Positions 19,929 through 30,300 of a DNA stretch of 64,000 bases are shown one piece after another. The position numbers were made by a program, and so were the translations under genes. The stretch spans positions 637,617-701,616 of the forward strand of contig JBAZKL010000001.1 of NCBI GenBank assembly GCA_041650835.1, in the 5' to 3' direction. The stretch is from Candidatus Omnitrophota bacterium (lineage in GTDB: Bacteria; Omnitrophota; Gorgyraeia; Gygaellales; Profunditerraquicolaceae). Position 1 is the first letter of the stretch. Every line of letters begins with the position of its first letter. The notes below the pieces were generated by a model. That model saw only the letters and a program-made list of their open reading frames with translations, was not told where the DNA came from and did not search any database.

Positions 19929-21389
19929 TTAAATATGAACCTCTCCCTTAGTAGCTCCAGCCTCCCACTTCCCTACTCCTGCCATAACATCCTGGAAACA
20001 GAGCTTTGCCAACGGATCAAAATTGCTCTCCATGATGCGGTTGATGCGGCCGGGTTTTGAGAAAAATTCCCGCATACACCATGAACCCAAACGGCCGAGG
20101 TCATCAATGGTCAAATGATCCGTGGGAATAACAGGATGCAAGAAATCCCACTGGCTGAAATCAACTTTCTTAGGGTCAATCCAGTTCTTCTTTAAAGAGA
20201 TCCGCCACATAGGTGAATTCGGGGCAGGCGTGACGTAACCAACCCAGAGGATATCCGGGTCGACCTGATCTGTGAACTCAAAGCGCTGCTTAATAATAGC
20301 TTCCGTATCATAATCAAAACCCATCATGATATCCGCGACAATGGCAATATCGTTCTTGCGCAGGATCTCAATGGTCTTTTTGATCTGATCAAGGGTGATC
20401 CCCTTGGCGATCCTTTTAAGCTCTGACTGCGTGGTTACTTCAATACCGAAAACTCCCATAAACAGGCCTGTTTCCTTCATCAGCGGCAAGATTGACTCGC
20501 AATTGACCCAATCAATAGCCCGGCCAAGAGAAACCCATTTAATGTCAATTTTCTTTTGTTTCTTTAAATTACAGAATCTTTTCACGCGTTCAGGATCAAC
20601 ATTGAAATTATCATCCTGAATGACCACGACCTTGACCCCGTACTTATTCTGCAGCAAGGCCATTTCTTCAATGACCCGCTCAGGGCTTTTGGCGCGCCAC
20701 TTCAGGAAGTCTGACGGAGAACGCGGGTCAAACTGGTCCCATTCGTAGCAAAAGGTGCACGCTGAAGGGCAGCCCCGTGAAGTAACCATATCCACGAACG
20801 GCTTCCAATACGTATGGCCAACATACTTATCCATCGGGAACAGATCGTATGCCGGCAAAGGCAGTTTATCGAGGTCCTCTAAAAGCGGTTTATGCGGCCC
20901 CATCACGATCTCGCCATCGATCCGCGAAGTAACGCCGCCCACGTCTTTTAAGTCTTTCTTTTTATCGATAGCTTCGATTAAATCCCCGAATGATTCTTCT
21001 TCACCCATGACCACAAAATCAACTGCCGGATTTTCTTCCAGCGTCGGCACCGGCATGGCTGAATACCACAATCCGCCCAAAATTATTTTTGTCCGGGGCA
21101 ATGCCTTTTTGATCCCTGCCGCTGCCTCTTTAAAATGACGCAACACTCCATAGCCTCCGTAGCCATGCAGCTGTTCACCCATCACCACAATATCAGGCTT
21201 CTTGGCCTTGACCTGCTCGATCAGCTGGTCCATAGGGAGCTGGTCTGCTTTCCCGTCGATAACCGAGACATCCTCATATCCTCGTTCCCGCGCGTACGCT
21301 GCCCAGTGCGCGTACAATTGATTCGGCGAACGATGTATCCCATGGGTTGCCCAGGCGCCTACTTTAGGCATGACAAACAGAATTTTCAT
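19929..21389 (-). CDS. B12-binding domain radical SAM protein (class B, probable C-methyltransferase or rearrangement enzyme)
   Basis: N-terminal cobalamin-binding-like domain and the radical SAM CxxxCxxC motif (SRGCPSACTFC). Confidence 0.85.
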   Translation of the reverse strand: MKILFVMPKVGAWATHGIHRSPNQLYAHWAAYARERGYEDVSVIDGKADQLPMDQLIEQVKAKKPDIVVMGEQLHGYGGYGVLRHFKEAAAGIKKALPRTKIILGGLWYSAMPVPTLEENPAVDFVVMGEEESFGDLIEAIDKKKDLKDVGGVTSRIDGEIVMGPHKPLLEDLDKLPLPAYDLFPMDKYVGHTYWKPFVDMVTSRGCPSACTFCYEWDQFDPRSPSDFLKWRAKSPERVIEEMALLQNKYGVKVVVIQDDNFNVDPERVKRFCNLKKQKKIDIKWVSLGRAIDWVNCESILPLMKETGLFMGVFGIEVTTQSELKRIAKGITLDQIKKTIEILRKNDIAIVADIMMGFDYDTEAIIKQRFEFTDQVDPDILWVGYVTPAPNSPMWRISLKKNWIDPKKVDFSQWDFLHPVIPTDHLTIDDLGRLGSWCMREFFSKPGRINRIMESNFDPLAKLCFQDVMAGVGKWEAGATKGEVHI

Positions 21390-21510
21390 AAAACCCCCCT
21401 TTGAAAATGATAATTAAAAACTTGTTCCGGCCACAAGTCACATGACACAAGTAAAAAGAATCAAAACCTGCGGCTGGTGTCTTGTGTCGGGTGTCTATTG
21501 GAGCTTTACA

Positions 21511-22740
21511 CTATGATTTCTCTACTACCAGCGCCGAATTGATACCGCCCCTGCCGCGGGAGATGATCAAGGCTTTCTTGATCTTATGCGGGAGCGCCTT
21601 ACCGGTGACAAAATTCAAGCCATTGTAAAAAGGCTCATCCAAATTGATGGTCGGAGGAACAAGGTCATGCTCCATGCTCAAGAGCGTGATGATCAGGTCA
21701 ACCGCCCCCGACGCGCCCAAAAGATTCCCAAACATCGATTTCGGACAACTCAGCGGGATATCTTTCGCCTTTTTGCCGAAAACTTCCTTTATTGCCGCTA
21801 TTTCGGTATTATCCCACTCATCGACCGCCAGGCCGTCTAAACTGATATAATCTATTTCTTCAGGCAATGCCCCGGCGTCAGTAAGCGCCAGAGTGATCGC
21901 CCTGGCTAATTGTTTCCCGTTGGAATCCGGATGGATCCTGTCTTTTCCGTCGCAGGTCGTGCCAAAACCGGAAATATACCCCGCGATCGCGGCGCGACGC
22001 GCTTGGGCGTGGTCAAAATCTTCCATGACCACGATACCCGCTCCTTCACCGATCACAAAGCCGGAGCGTTTTTTATCAAACGGCCGGTAGGCGCTTTCCG
22101 GTTTCTCATTACGAGTAGAAAGCGAGCCATAGGTATTACAACACAATAAAGCGTAAGGAGTGACCGGGGCCTCCATCCCTCCCGCCAGGATAAGATCAAG
22201 TTTTTTCTTCGCTAAGGTAGTGCGCGCGTAGCCGAGCGCCATTAAAGAACTCGCCCGGTCCGATACGACTGTTTTACTAAAGCCCTTGATGCCGTAATAG
22301 ATCGACACCTGCCCTTGAGGCGCGGCAGGGAACCACGCCGAAGCCATATAAGGAGAAACTCCTTCGCGCCCTTCGATATAAAGGTCGCGCAATTCCGTTT
22401 CCGCGTATAACCATCCGCCTAAAGCATTTCCCAGGAATATCCCCACCAGGTTCGGGTCCTCATTCTTAATATCAATACCGGCATCCTGCAAAGCCATTTC
22501 AGAGGCGATCAAGGCCATATGAGAAAAAACATCTATTTTCTTTAAAAGCCGTTCGGAGACATGCGAATATTTTTCCAGGTCATCGATCTGGCCGGCAACG
22601 CGCGACGGATATAACGAAGCGTCAAAACGCGTGATCGCCTTGACAAAAGGCCTGCCTGATTTTATATTCGCCCAGAACTGGCGTTTTCCGATGCCGGAAG
22701 GAGCGACAATGCCTGATCCGGTAATAGCTATTTTTTTCAT
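21511..22740 (-). CDS. ketosynthase beta / chain-length-factor-like, catalytically inactive
   Basis: KAS fold, but the active-site Cys is absent (TVVSDRASS where KS-alpha has STGCTAG) and both catalytic His are replaced (SLDGLAV, KSMFGNLLG). Its start overlaps the stop of the upstream KS-alpha (ATGA), suggesting translational coupling. Confidence 0.8.
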   Translation of the reverse strand: MKKIAITGSGIVAPSGIGKRQFWANIKSGRPFVKAITRFDASLYPSRVAGQIDDLEKYSHVSERLLKKIDVFSHMALIASEMALQDAGIDIKNEDPNLVGIFLGNALGGWLYAETELRDLYIEGREGVSPYMASAWFPAAPQGQVSIYYGIKGFSKTVVSDRASSLMALGYARTTLAKKKLDLILAGGMEAPVTPYALLCCNTYGSLSTRNEKPESAYRPFDKKRSGFVIGEGAGIVVMEDFDHAQARRAAIAGYISGFGTTCDGKDRIHPDSNGKQLARAITLALTDAGALPEEIDYISLDGLAVDEWDNTEIAAIKEVFGKKAKDIPLSCPKSMFGNLLGASGAVDLIITLLSMEHDLVPPTINLDEPFYNGLNFVTGKALPHKIKKALIISRGRGGINSALVVEKS

Positions 22741-23996
22741 TCCAGCCGCCTCATGACTAAAGAAGAATGTATCCCCGAAAAACCGCTGCTTGTTTTAATG
22801 ATGGTTTTGACTTTTTTCCGGCGCGCGACATTGGGGATATAATCGAGGTCGCACAGAGGGTCTTTTTCCTCCTGGTTTATCGTCGGAGGAAGGACATCAT
22901 TCTGAAAGATCATCGAGCAGATGGTAAGTTCGACCGCGTTTGCCGCTGCCAGGGGGTGTCCGAACATCGACTTAAGAGAACTGATAGGCAGTTTATAGGC
23001 GTAATCGCCGAAGATCATTTTATAGGCGCTTGTCTCGAATATATCATTCATGCGCGTCGATGAACCATGCGCGTTAATATAATCTATCTGCTCAGGCTCA
23101 ACCCCGGCATCAAGGAGCGCTAATTTAATGCACTTAGCCATCGCCGTCCCGTCGCCCGGCAGGTCAGTCATATGAAAAGCGTTACAACTGGTGCCGAAGC
23201 CAAGGACCTCACAATAGATGGTCGCGTTGCGCTTCAAGGCGTGCTCAAGTTCCTCCAGGATCAAGATCCCCGCTCCTTCCGACAAAACAAAGCCGTTACG
23301 CTTATTATCAAAGGGGCGGCTGGCAGCCTCAGGGTCATCATTAAGCGTCGATAAAACATTCACCACATCAAAGGCGCCGAAGGTGATCGGGGTTAAAGGC
23401 GCTTCCGCGGCGCCTGCGACCATAATATCATGCTGGCCGTCCTGTATCGTCTCTAAAGCAAACCCTAACGAATCGGTCCCGGCGGTACAGCCGGTAGACA
23501 AGGTATCGCAAATGCCGCGCAAACCGTATTTCGTGGAAATCTCTATCGAAGGGGTATTGAACATCGCCGCGTCATAAAGGTCGGGCCTCGCCAAAGCGGG
23601 ATTGATCGGCGACTTACCGTTATCCGTCACCAGCGCGAATTCTTCTTCCATATACTTGGTGCCGCAGATCGCGTTTGCCAGGCAAACCCCCACCCGTTCA
23701 GGGTCCTCTTTTGAAAAATCAAGCTTACTATCCTTGATCGCCATGTTTGCCGCGACCACTCCGAATTGCACATAGCGGTCCATACGCACGGCCTCATCAT
23801 GGGTCAACCCTAAGGCAAAGGGGTCAAAATCCTTTACCTGCGCGGCGATCTTGGTATTAAAAACCGAAACATCAAAATCTTCAACTTTCTTAATACCTGA
23901 TTTTCCGGAAACAAACGCCTTCCAGGCATTTTCTTTTCCGATACCGTTGGGCGAGATCACACCGATCCCTGTTATCACGACTCTTCGTTTCTTCAT
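22737..23996 (-). CDS. beta-ketoacyl synthase (KS-alpha type, catalytically active)
   Basis: Catalytic triad is present: Cys in LSTGCTAGTDSLG, His in INAHGSSTRMND and His in KSMFGHPLAA. The track ORF begins with TTG at 24026, but the ATG at 23996 (MKKRRVVITGIG) is the likely start. Confidence 0.85.
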   Translation of the reverse strand: MKKRRVVITGIGVISPNGIGKENAWKAFVSGKSGIKKVEDFDVSVFNTKIAAQVKDFDPFALGLTHDEAVRMDRYVQFGVVAANMAIKDSKLDFSKEDPERVGVCLANAICGTKYMEEEFALVTDNGKSPINPALARPDLYDAAMFNTPSIEISTKYGLRGICDTLSTGCTAGTDSLGFALETIQDGQHDIMVAGAAEAPLTPITFGAFDVVNVLSTLNDDPEAASRPFDNKRNGFVLSEGAGILILEELEHALKRNATIYCEVLGFGTSCNAFHMTDLPGDGTAMAKCIKLALLDAGVEPEQIDYINAHGSSTRMNDIFETSAYKMIFGDYAYKLPISSLKSMFGHPLAAANAVELTICSMIFQNDVLPPTINQEEKDPLCDLDYIPNVARRKKVKTIIKTSSGFSGIHSSLVMRRLE

Positions 23997-24042
23997 ATTT
24001 TTATCGCAATACAATAGTAGTTTCAAGACACAAGTTTAACCG

Positions 24043-24666
24043 CTACTCTGGTGACCTGGCGTCTTTGTGCTCTGGTGACTTTGTTCCCTCGACTCTCCTG
24101 ACCTCAAAAACGATACTGCCTCCGTCAGGACAGGTGACCGTGTTGATCGAGTCAGGATCCTTCATGAATGAGAACTTGGCGCCGAAATTAAGCGCGAAAA
24201 GCGCGGGGAACGCCGTGTGAAACGCGGCCCCGCAAAATCCCGGGATACATTTTAATCCGACCGTTTCCCAGGTATCCCCTACTTTATAACCAAACGTACA
24301 TTTCCCCGGAGCTTTCACTACTTCAATAACCATCTTCTTCGGATCCGGCCCTTTATGCCGCACATCTCTCGGGACCGATTCGACTTTGCCTTCTTTATCC
24401 AGGACCTCCGCTTTGAATTCCAGCTTTCCCCCGTCAGGGCAGGTCACCATCAGCGAACGTTGATTTTCCCTGAACGGGAACTTCGCGCCAAAGCTTAAAG
24501 CGTAGATCACCGGAAAAAGAGCGTGCGCTAATCCCAGGCAAAAATGCTTCGGAGGATGAGTAAAATCCTCTAAAATAAGTTCATCGCCGGCCTTATACCC
24601 GTGATAGCATTCTCCATAAACGTTGGAAACAGTCAATTTCAGCTTAGGGAACGGTGATTGTATCAT
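24043..24666 (-). CDS. hypothetical protein with two tandem ~95 aa Cys-rich repeats (CPDGG motif); possibly TIGR04076-like
   Basis: Internal duplication: CYHGYKAGDEL...FCLGLAHALFPVIYALSFGAKFPF...VTCPDGGKLEF and CTFGYKVGDTW...FCGAAFHTAFPALFALNFGAKFSF...VTCPDGGSIVF. Confidence 0.5.
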   Translation of the reverse strand: MIQSPFPKLKLTVSNVYGECYHGYKAGDELILEDFTHPPKHFCLGLAHALFPVIYALSFGAKFPFRENQRSLMVTCPDGGKLEFKAEVLDKEGKVESVPRDVRHKGPDPKKMVIEVVKAPGKCTFGYKVGDTWETVGLKCIPGFCGAAFHTAFPALFALNFGAKFSFMKDPDSINTVTCPDGGSIVFEVRRVEGTKSPEHKDARSPE

Positions 24667-24671
24667 TGGGT

Positions 24672-25682
24672 TCAGGGGGCTTTGATAAATTTTTTGGTTT
24701 CCGCTATCAAATGATGTTTGCTGAAGAATTTTCCGGTGCGCTCAACCAAATGCACCATCTCAACCAGCTTTTCGTTAAGCGGAGCTTGCAGCTTTTTATC
24801 CCTGGCAACACGCACGTACTCACCGTTGATATAATCGATCTCCGAAGGCCGTTTCCTTTTTATGCTCTGCAGAATAGACCCATACAACGGCTCCTTGCTC
24901 AAATTGATCATGATCTCCGACATGATCCGTGAAGATTCAACCAGCGGCATCGAAGCCAGGCTCACCAGGCGCTCCACCGGAAAATCAGGCAAACCCGCCA
25001 TCTTGACGCCGGCCCGGGTAAAAACCTCCAGGCCTTCACGCCAGATAGTGACCGCCACCCGGCTTATTTCCATATCGGCAAACGCCTCCTGAATACTCAT
25101 CCCTAATACGGCCGGAAGGCAATTGTTCGCGTTAAGAAAGATCTTTAAATATTTCATGGCAGTCACGTCGTCGCTTAAAACCATGGGGAACATTTTTTTC
25201 ATCAGGAGAAAAACCTCTTTAAGCGTATTGTCCTGCCTGCCGTTAAGCCTGCCGATAACCCAGGGTCCTTCAAAATTCTGCACGATATGAGCGGGGGTAA
25301 CGTAGGTCGCCCCGAACATGACGATACTTGAAATAATATGCTCCCGCGGTATATGCTCCGCGATAATATGGTCGGCCTGCACGCCGTTCTGGATGGTCAG
25401 GATGGTTGAGTTCTTCAGGAATTTCAAATTCTGTTTAATGGTGCTCTCGCAATCCTGCGTTTTTACCGTCAGGATCACTAAATCGAAGCTTTCCTGTAAA
25501 CTCCCGGAAACATCAACTGGGACATTTATATTGCCCCTGGTGCCGTTGACCGTTAACCCGTTCTTTCGTATTACTTCAACATATTCGGGACGGACAAATA
25601 AAGAAACCGCCTCACCTCTGAATTTTAAATATGCCGCGACCAATCCGCCGATCGCCCCGCCCCCGATGATTGCTATTTTCAT
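24672..25682 (-). CDS. ketopantoate reductase (ApbA/PanE) family NAD(P)-dependent oxidoreductase
   Basis: N-terminal MKIAIIGGGAIGG Rossmann motif, 336 aa, two-domain KPR architecture. Confidence 0.65.
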   Translation of the reverse strand: MKIAIIGGGAIGGLVAAYLKFRGEAVSLFVRPEYVEVIRKNGLTVNGTRGNINVPVDVSGSLQESFDLVILTVKTQDCESTIKQNLKFLKNSTILTIQNGVQADHIIAEHIPREHIISSIVMFGATYVTPAHIVQNFEGPWVIGRLNGRQDNTLKEVFLLMKKMFPMVLSDDVTAMKYLKIFLNANNCLPAVLGMSIQEAFADMEISRVAVTIWREGLEVFTRAGVKMAGLPDFPVERLVSLASMPLVESSRIMSEIMINLSKEPLYGSILQSIKRKRPSEIDYINGEYVRVARDKKLQAPLNEKLVEMVHLVERTGKFFSKHHLIAETKKFIKAP

Positions 25683-25688
25683 ATACCC

Positions 25689-25967
25689 TTACCCGTTTGT
25701 CCTGTTGCCTTTCTTAGGAAAGCCGTATTTTTTATAATCAATACCTGATTGCTCCAACAAACGCACCATCATGCTGTAAAAAGGCACCGGGACATCGGAA
25801 AAGAAAGCGCTGATGACGTCTAGCTCCTGCACCGCGGCGCCATGACGCGCGGCGGCATTCTCCTCCGCTTTTTTTCTTACCGCGCTCTCAGCGATGTGCC
25901 GGTGAAAAACAGGCAATTTCGCGATAATACCGGTAAACTTCTCCTGGATATCAGCTTCCCATTCCAT
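25689..25967 (-). CDS. hypothetical small protein
   Basis: ORF with no motif I recognise. Confidence 0.3.
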   Translation of the reverse strand: MEWEADIQEKFTGIIAKLPVFHRHIAESAVRKKAEENAAARHGAAVQELDVISAFFSDVPVPFYSMMVRLLEQSGIDYKKYGFPKKGNRTNG

Positions 25968-26119
25968 AGCTTATAAAACCTCCCGAGCCTTACGCTTATA
26001 GTAAAATTTTACTATATTATTTCCCAATATTTTATAATTAAATTATTTTTTGTCAAGCCTAAAAACTAACATCTCATCAAACAAGGGATTACCGCGGGAT
26101 AACAAAGACACGAAAGGAC

Positions 26120-26404
26120 TTAATACCCCCTGAGGATCGATTCAATCTTCGTCTTAATTGACGCGGCTTCAATCCTGCCGGCCAATTCGACATTGCCGTT
26201 AATAAGGACTACCGGCACCTGCGCGGGGCTTAAACTATACCGCTGCATGGCTTTTAAATTCTCCGTATGTTTAAACTCGAAGAATATCTTTGTTTTATAT
26301 TGTATTTCCAGGCCTTTAACGACTTCCCGTATCTTTTTTTCAATGAATTCGCATTTAGGGCAGGGTCTGCATATGACTTCAATCGTTTTAATGGCCATGA
26401 TCAT
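26120..26404 (-). CDS. small thioredoxin-fold protein with a CPKC redox motif
   Basis: 94 aa with a CxxC (CPKC) motif. Confidence 0.55.
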   Translation of the reverse strand: MIMAIKTIEVICRPCPKCEFIEKKIREVVKGLEIQYKTKIFFEFKHTENLKAMQRYSLSPAQVPVVLINGNVELAGRIEAASIKTKIESILRGY

Positions 26405-26476
26405 TACTCCTTTTTACGCGCGCCGATACGTTTGATTTGAAAAGGATCTTTATAATAAAACTGGCGATCACACCCG

Positions 26477-26899
26477 TTATGTATTAGCTGTCTTTAGATT
26501 ACGCAGGTACATAAGGTCCCTGCTTGAAACCATACCGATCACCTTATCGCCCTTACGCACCGGAAGGTGGCGGAAAGGGACTTTTTTCATCATATCATAG
26601 ATCTTATCGATGCCGTCATCCAGGTCAACGGAGATCACGTCGCTGGTCATAATATCCCTGGCTTTTGTCTCATCCAGGGACTTATCCTCGGCAACAACCC
26701 TCCAAACCACGTCCCGCTCCGATATGATACCGGCGAGATTTCCGTCTTTTTCCACGATTATCGCGCCGATCTTATTTTGTTTTAAGATCTTGGCGATCTC
26801 CCGCACCGAAGCATTTTCCGAAGTTTTAATGATGGAATCATTGATCTTTAAAGCGAAAGGCGTATTGGCTTTTTGTTGGACCTTAACAAGCTTTTTCAT
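26477..26899 (-). CDS. CBS domain pair protein
   Basis: Two CBS motifs (IIVEKDGNLAGIISERDVV and VIGMVSSRDLM). Confidence 0.7.
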   Translation of the reverse strand: MKKLVKVQQKANTPFALKINDSIIKTSENASVREIAKILKQNKIGAIIVEKDGNLAGIISERDVVWRVVAEDKSLDETKARDIMTSDVISVDLDDGIDKIYDMMKKVPFRHLPVRKGDKVIGMVSSRDLMYLRNLKTANT

Positions 26900-27024
26900 T
26901 ACTACCCCTCTAAAATTCTATTCGCCGGCTCAGTAAAAACACAGGTATATTTTACTGCTAAACAACGGCATATTCAATGAAAAACTTAATAATTTTATGC
27001 GCGGGGCTTTTAAAAAGGGGTTTT

Positions 27025-27315
27025 TCAGGTCATCTCTTCCAGGGGCAGGACAAACGCTTTAACGCCTTCATTGCTGAGGGTTTTCCTGAGTTCTTTCACG
27101 CAGGAGGCTATTTGCTTGGCCTGCTTATCATCACAGGCGACATAAAGTATATTATTCCTTCCGGGCCAAATATCGTCCCCGCCATGCGTCCCCGAAGCGC
27201 TGCCTTTGCCGAAAACACCCATGACTTTAGTGTAATTCTTCACCGCGCACCCCGACAGGACTTCCATGACCTCGGCATCGATTGCCTCATTATAAACCAC
27301 CATGACCATCTTCAT
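27025..27315 (-). CDS. P-II-like (GlnB fold) small protein adjacent to the RND pump
   Basis: 96 aa, beta-alpha-beta P-II-like composition. This is the usual position for such proteins next to RND permease genes. Confidence 0.45.
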   Translation of the reverse strand: MKMVMVVYNEAIDAEVMEVLSGCAVKNYTKVMGVFGKGSASGTHGGDDIWPGRNNILYVACDDKQAKQIASCVKELRKTLSNEGVKAFVLPLEEMT

Positions 27316-27337
27316 AAAGGCCTCTCCTTACTTGCCC

Positions 27338-30300
27338 CTAAACACCGGTTTTCGGCGGGTGAGCCTGGGCGATAGTGTTTGTGTTTTGTCTGTCCTTTTT
27401 CTCAAAAGTATCTTTCCGGTGAAATATCGCGTAGAGCGTCGGGACAAAAAGCAGCGTGATCAACGTGGAAACCGTAAGCCCTCCGAACATGGTAATGCCG
27501 AGCGGCCGCCAGGTCTCCGATCCCACGCCGCTTGATATTGCCAAAGGCAACAATCCCGCCAGCGTCGTAATGGTAGTCATAAGCACCGGGCGCAGCCTGT
27601 CCCTGCCGGCATTGGTCACCGCGTCATGCATCGATTCGCCGCGGGCGCGTAAAATAATTATATAACTGATCAATACGATAGCGTTGTTAACGACGATCCC
27701 GATAAGCATGATCGCGCCCAGGAAGCTCACGATATTCAACGTGGTCCCCGTGAGCACAAAACCCAAAACAACGCCGATAAAGGTAAACGGAATGGAGAAC
27801 ATGATGATAAACGGGTCCAGCAGCGACTCGAATTGAGCGGCCATGACCATGTACACAAGTGAGACACCCAGCAATAAAAGCAGGGTAAGGTCGCGGAAGG
27901 CTTTTTTCTGTTCTTCCGCCTCGCCTCCGACATTGATCGTCATATCGGAAGGCAGGACTATCGCCTGCATCGCGTCCTTGAGGTCTTCAACGACCTTGCC
28001 GCTGGAGCGGTTATAGGTATTACATTCCACCCTCACCACCCGTTCGCGGTTCTGGCGTTCAATTTCGCGCGGGACAAACCCCTCGCGGATCGCCGCTATG
28101 CTCGAAAGCCTCACCTGGCTTTGCGTCACGGGAGAAATAATCGTTAAATTCTCAATATCTTCTATACTCTGGCGCGAAGATTCCTCCAGCCGCACATAAA
28201 TATCATAGGTATCCCCTTTTTCCCGGTACTTACTTGCAGTCGAGCCTTCGATACAGGTCTTAAGCGTACTGGAAATAATATTCATGTTCAACCCCACGCT
28301 CGCCGCCTTCTGACGGTCAACCTCTATCATTAACTCAGGAAGCTGCAATTCCCGGGAGATCGACGCATCGACCGTGCCGGGGATCTCCTCCATCATGCCC
28401 TTTATTTTCTGCGCGATCTCTTCGGTTTGCGAAAACGAATTACCGACGATCTCTATCTGCACGGCCTTGCCTCCCAGCCCGGTAAGCATCCTGCCGATCG
28501 GATTGCCGGTCTGGATATCGATCTTCAGGACGCCGGGGATCTTCTTGATCTTATTACGCAGGTCCTGGGCTATTTCCCAGACTAAACGCTTGCGCTTTGT
28601 CTTAGCCACCAGCTTTGCCCCCGCGGTAACGATATTTGAACCGGAGACCTGCCCCATGCCCCGGCCCCTGCCCTCAACCGTCCCTGTGCGGGCATAATAA
28701 AACCGTGCTTCAGGGATATCGTTTTTTAGTATTCCTTCAATTCTCTTGGCAACTTTTTCGCTCTCTTCAAGGCGCGTTCCCAGGGGAAGGTTAATAGTCA
28801 AACGAACGTCCCCGGTATCTTCTTCAGGAGAAAATTCATTACCCACAAAAGGCACCAGGAGCATCGTGGCAAAGAAAGCCGCGGCAAAGCCGATAATGAC
28901 CGTCTTTTTATGGCGCAGGCACCAATCCAAAAGGTTTGAATAGAAAGACTCCCAGGACCTGAACATGTTCTCGGAGAATTCATAGAAGCGGTCAAAGAAC
29001 CGTTTATCTTTCCCGGCATGATAAACAGTTTTCATCCATTGAGAACAAAGCATGGGGCTGAAAGTAGCCGCGGTAAAAAGCGACCCCAGAAGGGTCACGG
29101 TAACGATCACCGCCAGCTCCGAGAAAAAAATACCGATGACCCCGGGAATAAAAAGCATGGGCATAAAAACAACCACGGTCGTCAAAGTTGAAGCCGCGAT
29201 AGCTAAAAACATTTCCTGCGTGCCGAATATCGCCGCCTCTGTCGGCCTATTGCCCCTCTCCAGCTTGCGGTATATATTATCGACAACGACGATAGCGTTA
29301 TCGACGACCATTCCCGCGGCAATAGCCAAAGATGAGAGGCTTATCGTATTGATGGTCTTGCCGCTTAAGAAAAGATAAATGAACGCGATCAAAAGAGAGA
29401 ATGGTATGGTAAGGGCAATGATCAGGCTGGGCAGGAACTGGCGCAGGAAGAACCAGACTACGACAACGACCAGGATGATCCCCAAATAGACCGAAGACTT
29501 CAAAGAGTCCAACGAATCAATGATATCCTGCGAGGTGTCGAAAATTGTATACATCGAAACATCGGCAGGCAGCGTTTTCTCTAAGTCCTTAAGCTTCTTT
29601 TTAATACGATTGGCGACCTCAACCGTATTGGTATCCGTCTGCTTTTGGATCATTAACATTAACCCGGAACGCCCGTTAATACGGACATTAAGCGTGACTT
29701 CTTTAAAACCGTCCTCTATAGTCGCGACATCCTTTAAATACACGATCTTTCCGTCGCGCTTGCCCAGGATGACCGTGTTTATTTCCTCCGGCTCAATGAA
29801 CTCCCCCGGCAGGCGGATCAGGTAATCGGTCAACCCTGTTTTAAGCTTTCCTAACGGCTGCGAGACATTTTCCTGTTTTAAGATATCCTGGATATCCAGG
29901 ATAGAAAGCCCGTACCCTTCCAAACGGCTCTTATCCAGCGAGACATTAACCTGGCGCTCCAGACCTCCGAGAAGCTCTACCGTCCCTACTCCGGGCAGCT
30001 GGCGGATAGCGTCTCCTACCCTTTTATCGATAAGATCATTTAATTGCGCGTATGACTGCTGCGCGGTGATCCCCATGAAAAGAATGGGGATATTCGCGGT
30101 ATTGAATTTATAGATGAACGGATTATCCATTTCATCGGGGATATCGGGCAAGAAGCGCTTAGCTAATTCAAGGCGGTCGCGCACGTCATTGGTGGCGGCA
30201 TCAAGGTTTGTCCCCCAAATGAACTTCATGGTGATCAAAGAAGCGCCTTCGGAAGACTTGGAGGTCAATTTTTCAAGGCCGGGAGTTGTCGCCAGCTGGT

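Noticed and set aside
21390-21510. Cobalamin riboswitch upstream of the B12-binding radical SAM gene
   Set aside because: No B12-box-like sequence (GCCACTG core) is seen in the minus-strand leader. The conserved element there belongs to the repeated intercistronic family instead.
21586-24039. Numerous 60-130 aa ORFs antisense to the two ketosynthase genes and the RND pump (for example 21586-21840, 23218-23577, 28374-28697)
   Set aside because: They lie fully inside well-supported long CDSs on the opposite strand and have no motifs. These are typical shadow ORFs.
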